Of a stretch of DNA of 64,000 nucleotides, positions 12,601-22,850 are shown one piece after another. The position numbers were made by a program, and so were the translations under genes. The notes below the pieces were generated by a model, which was not told the DNA's origin, searched no databases, and saw only the letters and a program-made list of their open reading frames with translations. The DNA lies in assembly GCA_002633005.1 (NCBI GenBank), contig NMRA01000050.1, positions 40,317-104,316 of the forward strand, read 5' to 3'. Source of the stretch: Phoronis australis. Its lineage: Eukaryota > Animalia > Phoronida. Positions within the stretch are counted from its first letter, which is position 1; the number at the start of each line of letters is the position of its first letter.

Positions 12601-15600
12601 AGATTTTACGTTACCACTTTTTTACCCACATCGGTGCAAAGCTGTATATTTATACAGCTTTGGTCCAAGGCTACGTGACTGCGATCGACTTGCCTTCCTA
12701 CCGTAAACAGAACACACAAAATAAAAGACAACGCATCATATTATTGAGTAACAAATGATCCTTTCCTTTCTGTGCTCTTAGAATATACATAGGAAAATAA
12801 AACATCAATAATGTATCAACTGAATTTTTGGATATAATAATATCCTTCATCAACAGAAACAGAAATAAAGTAAAATCAAACACTACATGACAATTGACAT
12901 TTAATATGTGGCGTAATGAATATGATACATTTTAGCGGAAGTTTTTATGATCTGTCCATTAGGTTCGAGTGTATTGGGCTTATCTATCCAAAATTGTTCT
13001 CTCTTTTAAGTCTGTGACGGGTAATGGGGTATTGGAGTTTTTCTATAATTTGTACAGAAAGATCTTGAAGATTATGGTTTTTGGAATTGAAATGATTATA
13101 TATAGTATCTGAAATGTTTTTATGTATTATGTTAAATCTATGATAGCGAAACCGAGTTTTTAGATTATGTTGAGTTTGTCCTACGTATTGGATAGAACAT
13201 TTTTTACATGTTATTAGGTAAATAATATTGTTGGTGGTGCAGTCAGAATAATGTTTTATTTCGAAGTTCTCGTTGGTTTGGGAAGACTGGAAGAAAGTAC
13301 TGTCGTTGATAAAGTTACACATTTTGCATCGTATTCATTACGTCACATATTAAATGCCAATTTTCATGTAGCGTTTGATTTTACTTCATGTCTGATGAAT
13401 ATAGATTATTACATGGCGAAGTCGTTATCCCCCGTTATCTAGAGCCCGAGTGGATTTTGGAGAATTATCGCCCGAGGGGCGTTAGCCCCGAGGGTGATAA
13501 TTCTCCAAAATCCACGAGGGCTCTAGATAAGGGGGATAACGGCTGAGAACATGTAATAATCTATTTATACCACATACTAAACGAGAAACATTGCAATGAA
13601 TCGATTTATCTTTTCTGACTCTCCACGGCTTTGTAACTACTTTCTATGTCAGAGGCCCCAGGTCGGAGGTCGTGACCTTTTAAGAAAAGCCGGGCTATTT
13701 TTGTCAAATAATGCTTTTACTCAAAACCAATTGAAAACTTAAATACAATAGAAATAAACTGAATTTATAAATTAACGTTTACCAACTATTATAGCTTAAA
13801 ACACGATTTTTTCACGCTAAGCTTCGACCGGGAAATTATCGTCTGCTAAAGTAGGTTACCACTGGTAACTGAATATAATTTTCAAGCCAAAGATCCTGAC
13901 GACACGATACCCGCATTCAAACTGGAGATCGGTGATTTACAAGTAAGAGGACATGAGAGAAATATTTCATTGAATTAAGATATCATTTTTATGGAAATTA
14001 TGTGTCTTATTTTCCGTGGCGTATACGTACAGTACAATGCGGTTTGTTGAACGTGCGATTATTGCGCGTGCTCATTTAAGTATTCTATTTTCACATTTGA
14101 TGACGTCAGCTGCTGCGTGGTGTAGTGGTCGGCGACTAGCAAACTCAAGGTCCCGGGTTCGACTCCGTCCTCGGTTTCCCGCCAAATCGTTATCTCACTA
14201 GTGAGATAACTTTATGGGTTATTACACGGTTGTATCTGCCATTTGACGCCAACATTGTGGTATAAAGGGTGTTATTACATGGATATCCATCATTGTTGTT
14301 TTGTTTACATAACAAAAATATATTCTACATTTCGTGAAACAATAGCATTCTTTGAGAGGATCTGGATCGCCTTGTTTAGTTTCAGAATTATTTTCTACTG
14401 TGTTCTTAGGAAACGTAAAATTGACAGTTCTTGTGTTCTAGTGGATGAATTTGAGCAATTTATTGCGCTGCAGAAGACGCGCTTCGCACTGTTCTCGTGT
14501 TTAGTACTTGTCCATTGCTTATTCGCTACTTTTTAAAAAAAATAATTTTTTAAACATTTTTTTTCGCTACTTGGCGGCGCTATTAGCAGCCGTAACAGAG
14601 AACTCACAAGTGAACACTACTATTGTATAACACTCCTTGGTTGTATTATTAAAACTGAACAAATGTACTGTATATACTGGTAACTAACAGTAAAGAGGGC
14701 TTCCCCGCGCATGAGCACTGAACTGAAATTGGGAGAGTACAGCTATACAGCCTCGCCGCGTTTCTTGAGTTGGGATTCGTCTCTGTTTGAATGAACGTGG
14801 ATTTGGGGTTCGCAGCCGAAGAGTGGGTCCGCTTAAGAAGTTGTTTGCTTGACATTCCGACTTGGAGTACGTACAGTTACGATACGTAACCTTGTCACCT
14901 TCATGGAAGTCGTGCATTGGTTGAATGGCGCGCGTTTGGTTGTTGGTATTCAGTGTTTTGCAGAAAATAAAATGCAAGGCGTATAGATTTCTACTTTGTA
15001 CTGCTTTGTGATTCGTCCATGTAATAGAAAGCGTCTTGAACGCTAATTCTGACGCATACATAATTGCGCCTGCCGATTCACATTACGGTAACAAAATGGG
15101 TTTGCAACAGCTATTTTTACGTGAACGTGAAAGTAAATGCGAACTGAACAACTGAGCTCAGGATGTCCAGCTATCCTAGTACATAATACAACTGGACATC
15201 CTTATATTATCCGCTACAGATATGCAAGATAGAAATACATGCTGATAGTGAAAAAGTCGTTTCTTCGAACTCCTGAGTAAAACGATCAATTCATACAATG
15301 CGAAATTTATTTGCAGTTTAAAATAAATAGATGCAAGTAAACTAAGCATGTAAAAAGTTTGACAGCACAAAATTACATTTCTTAAAAATCCGAACCTCGG
15401 CAGAATAAAGATTTTTGAAAAAAGGCCTTCATTCAGTTTGACTTTAAGAAAATTTAATAGGCAAAGGAGTCATGCTCATTTTATATTCATTGAAGCAAAC
15501 AAGAAAGATTGAAAACCCTATCAAAATAAAAATCTTTCGATGTCTTGCTAAATGAGAATTATAAAGGGCCACATGTTTCGCGTTTAAAGCGACGCGAATC

Positions 15601-16423
15601 TCTCTGTATTTGCGTAAAACACGCAAACACTATCGGGATTACGTCACAGCCAACAATGGCATGTAGGCCTATGACGCGGAATTATACATGCGTGATAATT
15701 CACGTTCACGTAGCTTTGCAAAACTTCTTTAATGTCAAAATATTACGCAATAGGTGTTATTAACCAGTCCGTAGTAACACAATCCAGCTCGTTTCAGGAA
15801 ACAAACTTTTTTCATCACAGTTTCATCGGTGATAAAGTTTTCAAGCCTTTATGTTTATGGGGCGTAACGGCAACTAAATGAATCAACATGGGCCTTATTT
15901 GCTCAAAGGCATACCATGACTCCAAACGTGCCGTTTTGTATATTACAGCCGACATTTCGTGGTCAAGTTGGTCCAACTGGACGGTGTGTGACGCTACTTG
16001 TGACACCAGTGTTATTATACGCCGGCGTATATGCAAAACTCCAGCTCCACACTTTGGAGGGCAAACTTGCTTGGGAAACGCCATGGAGGTTCTGGAGTGT
16101 GACGCTGGACCAATGTGCCCGAGTAAGACTTGTTTGCCAAAACGCGTTAAAATCTGAGGCGTAATACCTTCAACTACAGTTTTGGAATAAGTACTGTGTT
16201 TATGATAGGCTGCTTAGGTATACATCAGGTGTCCCAAAAGGTGAGCCACTTTTTGACAAGTAAGTTCTCAGTAAATTCAAAGATATAGGTAAATACTGAC
16301 GATAACATTACTGCTCAGAAATAAAATCAAGAAAATGTTAGTGGGCAACAGGTAAACAAATGAATAATTTTCGAAACAATTGAAAGCAGTAATGATATAA
16401 ACATGAACATGCTTGTGTACACA

Positions 16424-16471
<48 letters not shown>

Positions 16472-18621
16472 NTTACCTGGTTAAGGCGAACTTCTCTTCT
16501 TTGGAGCAGTACCGGAAACAGCTGATTAGTTGCCGAAAGGTCAAACCGCACAGCATTATGGGCAACATTCGTTTGTTTTGATCACGCAGATTTTAAGAAA
16601 ATAAAAAATAAAAGAAAAAATATTTACAGGCAGCAGATCGACCCCATACTTACGAAAAGTTCTAATTAAGTGTCAGAGAGTATGTTTCAATGGTTTTTAT
16701 GCAGATTCACGATGTTTTTGAAACGTCTACAAACGGATCATATGACTTTAAAGTGCACGGCAATATCTCACGTAATCTCGCAAAGTCTTGCTTTTTAGCG
16801 AGGTCCTAGCGTTAGTGAACGGGAGGCTGGTGTGATGCGTCTATGTGAGCTCCCTGTAATGTGCAGTACGTCATTAGTGCAAAGGTCACCTATTTGCAGA
16901 TTTTTTTTGTTTTCACTTTTACAAGTTGTCACTGAATACAACTGCCCTTTGTATAGCGTAGATGATGTTCAAATGTCATTGTCGTTTACTTCCTGCTATA
17001 AAACAGTATAGTTAGGAGTTGGGCCTATGCAAATACATCTTTAAGGGATGTATAGGTCAGCTCCTAGCTGTACGGGCACTACCTAGATACAGGGAGCAAA
17101 TTGCTCACGGATCTATTCACTACAGGTGAACGTTAGTAGTAAACAGCATAGATAGGCCTACATGCACAGTGGATTGTACACGAGTACACGATACAATATT
17201 ACACTGTAGGTGCTGTCAGGGGTACAATAATTAATGTCCATCGGCTGCCTAATGCAATCCGGTAAACATCTAGTTCTTCCAGCCCGCCTTCTTGGAGCAT
17301 TTAAGAAGAAAATGCACAAAAAATCGCCAAATGAGAAATTCGCCTCACCGACACGTGAAGCAAAATCCTCACGATTCATTTGTTCGCCACTGTGACCTGC
17401 GACAAACTGCATTCCTGGCGCCTAGCACATGCCTTGCGTTCTTCGTTTCCGCGGCAGAGGAAAATCGTTAGACGGTAGTCGTGTAATAATATAACACTGT
17501 AAAATTTGTTCATTGTCAATTTTTAAATTTTGATTTCTATTCATTACAGAAATGGTCGTTTTCATAGTTTCCAATACTATCCTTACTCTACTGGCCATTC
17601 TTACTTTATTGGTTTACATGGTTGTCCGATGGAGACTGTATAAAACTAGCAAGGTGTTCAAGATTGTCACTCGCGATACAAAAGTTTATCCAGGGGAGCG
17701 TACTTTATTTGAAAAAAATTCCAGTATCGGAAGAGGCGAGACTATAACCCTGAGCCCCTCAGGATCCGAAATTTCGTACTTGTCTTTCCAAGATGTCCAT
17801 CTACTCAGGGATAGTTTAAATGACTTGCTCGCAGATGAAAATCTTCTTCGATATAATGCTTCTTCCCTTAATGTCTTCGAAGGTCCGTTCAAAGATTACG
17901 CTAGACGCGTTCAAAAGCAAATCATTCTCGACGCTCAGTTAATTCGACAGAATATCTGTGATTCAGCAAAAAAAACAGAAGCTTAAGACTGAAGCACAAG
18001 TTGAAACAGAAACAGATTCTGAAGAAGACGAGGAAGACAGCACCGACACTGAGGAGGAACCTAGTCCCGATATGGTTCCAAAACAAAACGGCAAAAAGTT
18101 GGTTTCGACCAAGAAATTGAAAAAGAAAACGCAAGAGAATAAAAGTGACAAAACTAGAGTAAAGCTGTATAACAGGGTCGTCAAAAAAGGCAAAAAAATG
18201 CGAAAGCATCCCAAAGTGATTGAAACGATTGGAAGTATCAGCCAAACAAGGAGTTCACATGAACGTGACACGAAGTACGCAACAGATGATATAAACGTGG
18301 AAGTGATCGAGGAGGGACTTCCATTAGAAAAAAAAATTGCGGTTCGCAGAACTAGACAAGAGTTTGCACTACCCTTCACTTCACTCATTTGGTTCGCCCG
18401 GAGCTCCATCAAGGGCAGTAGGAGAGGTCACATACAGGTCGAAAAGACGTAACTGGTTCAAAAAGACGAAAATGGCCGGAAAACAGCAGATAGAAGACGA
18501 GCTATCAACAAATCGCCGGAAATGGAAATTGCACAATTGGTGGTACTTTGGAACTAAGAAGATGCACAAAATGGAAAAGGAGCGAGAAAGGAAAGAAGAA
18601 AAAAGGAGAGAAGATCCTTAG
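3282..18621 (+). CDS. Multi-exon Ig-superfamily type-I membrane protein (4x Ig-like, TSP1, TM, charged cytoplasmic tail); 5' exons not found; possibly disrupted
   Basis: Phase-1 AG/GT exons 3282-3617, 7509-7844, 8438-8773, 8822-9118, 15949-16122 and 17550-end splice in frame. Ig motifs C..(N/Y)P...W...CxAxN, TSP1 WSSWSNW..C...RRRIC, TM VVFIVSNTILTLLAILTLLVYMVV. TAG at 9049-9051 and A-run frameshifts at 17968 and 18328. Confidence 0.75.
7509..7844 (+). CDS. Ig-like exon of the Ig-TSP1-TM gene
   Basis: ttgtag|TCGGTCCT...GCTT|gtatgt; 336 bp; LSCMTHLTNPRANVYW...VVCNARN. Confidence 0.8.
8438..8773 (+). CDS. Ig-like exon of the Ig-TSP1-TM gene
   Basis: ttctag|ATGGTCCA...ATCT|gtaagc; 336 bp; LICQTDVATP...LKCMASN. 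Confidence 0.8.
8822..9118 (+). CDS. Ig-like exon with in-frame TAG (9049-9051)
   Basis: FSCETDLSYPSVHLTW...SL*CLAYN, ending CCCG|gtaagt. Acceptor at 8821 is uncertain (48-bp intron). Confidence 0.6.
11147..11942. mobile_element. Dispersed repeat with a hAT-like end and an internal tRNA-like segment
   Basis: Reverse complement matches 46465-46784 plus 48460-48965. Ends ...GATCCGCCACTG. A/B-box-like TGTTGCAGTGG...GTTCGAGTC at ~11660-11712. Confidence 0.6.
12950..13330 (-). mobile_element. Penelope-like retroelement remnant (GIY-YIG endonuclease)
   Basis: ORF 12984-13322: CKMC..I...C...NIIYLITCKKC...YVGQT...LKTRF..H...HFN...RLKRE, typical of the Penelope endonuclease; frameshifted near the LEPNG end. 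Confidence 0.8.
13401..14265. mobile_element. Non-autonomous element with terminal hairpin (Crypton-like architecture)
   Basis: Imperfect palindrome 13401-13564. TTATACCACA at 13565 is inverted as TGTGGTATAA at 14256-14265. Internal palindrome GTTATCTCACTAGTGAGATAAC near 14190 and a tRNA-like segment at ~14113-14170. Family assignment is from architecture only. Confidence 0.5.
14567..14639 (-). mobile_element. Solitary terminus of the P-like family at 26253-29149
   Basis: Reverse complement CAAGGAGTGT...GTTCACTTGTGAGTTC.CTGTTAC.GCTGCTA.TAGCGCCG.CAAGT matches 26253-26324. Partner end not found. Confidence 0.6.
15949..16122 (+). CDS. Thrombospondin type-1 (TSP1) exon of the Ig-TSP1-TM gene
   Basis: ttacag|CCGAC...CCGA|gtaaga; DISWSSWSNWTVCDATCDTSVIIRRRICKTPAPHFGGQTCLG. 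Confidence 0.85.
16420..16471. repeat. (CA)n microsatellite ending at an N
   Basis: Direct inspection. Confidence 0.95.
17550..18621 (+). CDS. TM plus cytoplasmic exon of the Ig-TSP1-TM gene (frameshifted at two A-runs)
   Basis: ttacag|AAATGGTC; hydrophobic ~24-mer followed by RWRLYK. ORFs 17552-17986, 17958-18452 and 18337-18621 join if one A is removed from A8 (17968-17975) and from A9 (18328-18336). Confidence 0.6.
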
Positions 18622-21266
18622 TTGAGGAGTCCCGCTGCTTACTTTCATTTCTGGAAGAGCTTGAAAAGAACCAGAAGAATAAGACAGATGAAACTAGAAG
18701 AGAAACAACGAAATTAACATTTCGTCCTGCGTTGGTTTTTCAGAATTTTACTTCAAGAAATGGATCTAATGTAGATAAAAAGGTACGTGGAACCAACGAT
18801 CGGAAAAGGAATACCTAGCGATTCGGTTTCCACCGTAACTGGTGAACACTGTTAGTTTTATATCGCTTCACCAATACTTTCAAATGTTGCTCTGTAGTCG
18901 TCCTTGTGTTCAGTGAACAACACGTCAAACATCAATGAGAGCATGAAGCCTCTGAGCAACATGTTTGAGCTTCGACATGCTAACTACGATGCAGTGAACA
19001 TATAAGCATACAGTTTCCTTTATTGAAATCACATTTACAATGAAAACATTTTCGTTTTGTTGGCAAAACTGACAACGCAACAAGGATAATACATGTAAAT
19101 CTACCGATATAATTAGAATAGGCAACAACACGATGCAGTGTTGATCTCCTTTGGTACTACACAAACGCCATCAAATCCTCATGTTTTTGGTCCTTGCTTG
19201 CCTCTTCCTTTTCATCTGATCAATTTATATGGTTTTGATCTAAAAAAGAGGTTAAACACTTCTATTAACGTGATGCTGAGAATCACACCACTTTTACACA
19301 GTTCCTTCCACTCAGCTGCCAGAAATTGACTTATCACCTTGTAATAACTGCGTGCTTATCTCCTTTACCTATTACTCCATACTCAATTAAGAAGTGATCA
19401 CCAGTCTTGGTGGAGAACTGATAATTTGCTATTTTTTATTCCATCCTTTTATAATTTCAAGACACGCCTCCAGGTTACGGTAACGTTAAGTGGAATAAAA
19501 AATTTTTTGTGTATGCAAACATGGATTTAACGTTGGTTTATGTCAGGGCGAGTCGAATATTACTTTAAAGGCCATTTCGTATACGGCCAGCTGGTCGCAC
19601 GTGGTTGTGAACGATACTGGGACAGTGTAAGAAAGATCCAAACCGACTTTTCTTCTAAAAACAAAAATATATGATCTAGCCAATGTTTGATGTCTTAATT
19701 TTCTGTTTTTCAATTTCTCCGAAAAACCGCTAATTGAAAATTGGGTAATTAAGTCAAGCATTGAAGCTTTACACGTTTATAGAAAATGAGGTTCGACACA
19801 GTATTGATGTAGTATTGAATTTTAAATTCCGTATTTTGTATTTTAATCTTCGCCTACTACAAATCTGCAAAATATTTGGGGCTCACCGAATTCGCTTTTA
19901 CCGACAAAGCCGCCTAAGCAAAAGCCTCTACATATATGCAAAAATGAGCAATATACAGGGATTACAATATACAGGGCTTACTGAAAAGTCACGTCTTATA
20001 TTCACTGATAGGAATCCCTCTGCAGATGGTTTTGTTTCATCACACGATGTCAATTTTTACTGTTTATTAGACGTCGGGAAAAGGAAACTGCTCTACAAGC
20101 GTTTTTGGCCTATGTGCAAAAAGTTATATCGTTACTGTTTTCATTTAAGTTTGATTTCGTTGGCATTATGTTTTATGATACAAGAAAGCATGAAAGGTCA
20201 GCCGATTTCGTTATAAGCCATTTTAAGTGAAAATGTCTTAATTTAATTACAAAATTTGACAACTAAATATGATATAATCATTGAACTAAGTCTTTAGTAA
20301 AGGACAATTGAATACCTTCTCAAAATAAAATTCGTACAATCTATGTCTATGAAAAATAAAAATGTAACTACCAATTACGGTTTGATACCACACACGCGCA
20401 CACACGCACACCCACAAGCATACATTTGTATGAACCATGCGTTGGTAAAACCCACTACTATCATTGTCTCTAATATTTACTAATCTTTACCATGTATTGT
20501 GTACTTAAAATAAATGTATTATTACTTTATATTTTCTAATTTTATCTAGTTATGTTTATATGTTAATGTCAAGGGTTACGTCCGATATCCGTGTATGCAA
20601 AGGTCAAACAAATCTCATCTCCAGAAAAAAAAATGTTGCACTGATTGCATTCTCTTAAACTTTCGATAGTTTACATGCATATAAAAGCGCGGTTTAGGCT
20701 GAGTTGTGCCACATTTCAACACAAATCACCTACATTCAACTCTCAATTGGACCTTTTCAGGATCAGGACTACAGCGTTGCAGGTCACAAAATGGAGATTA
20801 TATTAGATAATAGGGATTGGATTGCAAAGTAATTTGATAAGTTGATGTGAACAACGTACTACCTAAAGCTTATTATTTAACGAATTTAAAATTGTTGGTA
20901 AATGTATCAAGCCACGATGTCCATGTTGTTAAGCATGGCGTCATTGGGTTATTTGATGTCACTCGCTAATATTAAACACTAAAATAACAAATATTCAAGG
21001 CAAAATCAACATTTTCCAAATAAAAAATGCTCAATGAAATTAGTAATTTTACGCCAGTGTTTTAAATAGTCACTGTACGTAAAACAGCGACTACTTTACG
21101 GTTTTCTGGCAAACTGCCGAATCCCATGAGACGAGGACAGAATTGATGAGGTTGTTATCCAAATGTAGACATTGGTGCCATACATCTTCATATATTGCCA
21201 ACCAGATATTTAACATTCCAGTACTGGTACATATATTTTGTCATTAAAACTTGCAAAATTTCTTAC

Positions 21267-22850
21267 CTCACAGAATTTTCCAGAGTAACCCTTTGTACAG
21301 TAACATCTGTAACCTGTTAGCGAAAATCGAGACTCCACGCATCTGGCGCCGTTTTGACAAGGTTGGCCGAAGCATGGGGAGACCAGAGTAGTTGTAGGTG
21401 GAGTCGTTCTAGTGGTAGTGGAAGGGGTGGTTTTAGGGGACATGGTAGTGCTTGAAGGTGTGGAACTTGTAGGTGAAGTCATTGTAGGGGTAGTGGAAGG
21501 GGTGGTCGTAGGGGACGTTGTAGTGGTTGATGGTGCGGTAGTTGTTGGTGGAGTCGTTGTAGGGGTAGTGGAAGGGGTAGTCGTAGGGGACGTTGTAGTG
21601 GTTGAAGGTGCGGTAGTTGTTGGTGGAGTCGTTGTAGGGGTAGTGGAAGGGGTGGTCGTAGGGGACGTTGTAGTGGTTGAAGGTGCGGTAGTTGTTGGTG
21701 GAGTCGTTGTAGGGGTAGTGGAAGGGGTGGTCGTAGGGGACGTTGTAGTGGTTGAAGGTGCGGTAGTTGTTGGTGGAGTCGTTGTAGGGGTAGTGGAAGG
21801 GGTGGTCGTAGGGGACGTTGTAGTGGTTGAAGGTGCGGTAGTTGTTGGTGGAGTCGTTGTAGGGGTAGTGGAAGGGGTAGTCGTAGGGGACGTTGTAGTG
21901 GTTGAAGGTGCGGTAGTTGTTGGTGGAGTCGTTGTAGGGGTAGTGGAAGGGGTGGTCGTAGGGGACGTTGTAGTGGTTGAAGGTGCGGTAGTTGTTGGTG
22001 GAGTCGTTGTAGGGGTAGTGGAAGGGGTGGTCGTAGGGGACGTTGTAGTGGTTGAAGGTGCGGTAGTTGTTGGTGGAGTCGTTGTAGGGGTAGTGGAAGG
22101 GGTGGTCGTAGGGGACGTTGTAGTGGTTGAAGGTGCGGTAGTTGTTGGTGGAGTCGTTGTAGGGGTAGTGGAAGGGGTGGTCGTAGGGGACGTTGTAGTG
22201 GTTGAAGGTGCGGTAGTTGTTGGTGGAATCGTTTTAGGGGTAGTGGAAGGGGTGGTCGTAGGGGACGTTGTAGTGGTTGAAGGTGCGGTAGTTGTTGGTG
22301 GAGTAGTTCTGGGGGTAATGGAAGAGGTGGTTTTAGGGGACACGGTATTGGCTGAAGGTGCAGTAGCTGTAGGTGGAGTCGTTGTAGGGATAGCGGAAAG
22401 GGTAGTTGTAGGGGACGTGGTAGTGGTTGAAAGTTTGGTAGTTGTTGGTGGAGTCATTGTACGAGTAGTGGAAGGGGTGGTTTTAGGGGATGTGGTAGTG
22501 GTTGAAGAAGGAATCTGCGTTGAAGAAGTAGTGGTGGAAATGGAACCACTGGTTGAAGGGGCGCCGGTGGATTTGTAAAATGTGGTGGAAGGAAAAGTGG
22601 TTGTTGAAGAAATGATTTTTGTATAAGTGGTGATTGCATTGGTGTGAACAACTGTGGATGTTGGGTGAGGGGTTGCTGCTGGAGAGTTGCTGGCTGTAGG
22701 CGAAGTTGCAGAGTTGGACCGTTTAGGGAGGGTAGGGAATTGTCTAGTTGTAAAGGGCATAGTCGTTGTAGTAAAGATCTGTCTGGTTGCAGGAGAGCCG
22801 GTGGTTTCGCGGAAATTTGTGGTTTTGTGAGTAGTTGCTTTCATGAAATT
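21267..22850 (-). CDS. Mucin-like PTS exon ending in an EGF domain (Delta-like gene)
   Basis: 1584 bp, open frame. Repeats of PTTTPSTTPTTTPPTTTAPSTTTTS, then SPCFGQPCQNGARC...YRCYCTKGYSGKFCE|gtaaga. Confidence 0.9.

Noticed and set aside
12637-12662. Short palindrome CAAAGCTGTATA-TT-TATACAGCTTTG followed by CCAAGG, as the partner end of the 14639 TIR
   Set aside because: No match beyond CAAGG and no matching TSD.
14113-14170. tRNA-like sequences (also ~11660-11712 and 61861-61932)
   Set aside because: Only A/B-box remnants with no complete cloverleaf; two lie inside repeats.
20730-20862. Candidate next exon of the Delta-like gene
   Set aside because: Stop codons in all three frames from the candidate acceptor.
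21412-22578. 388-aa Val/Gly/Glu ORF on the + strand
   Set aside because: Antisense shadow of the Thr/Pro mucin repeat; the - frame has splice sites and an EGF domain.
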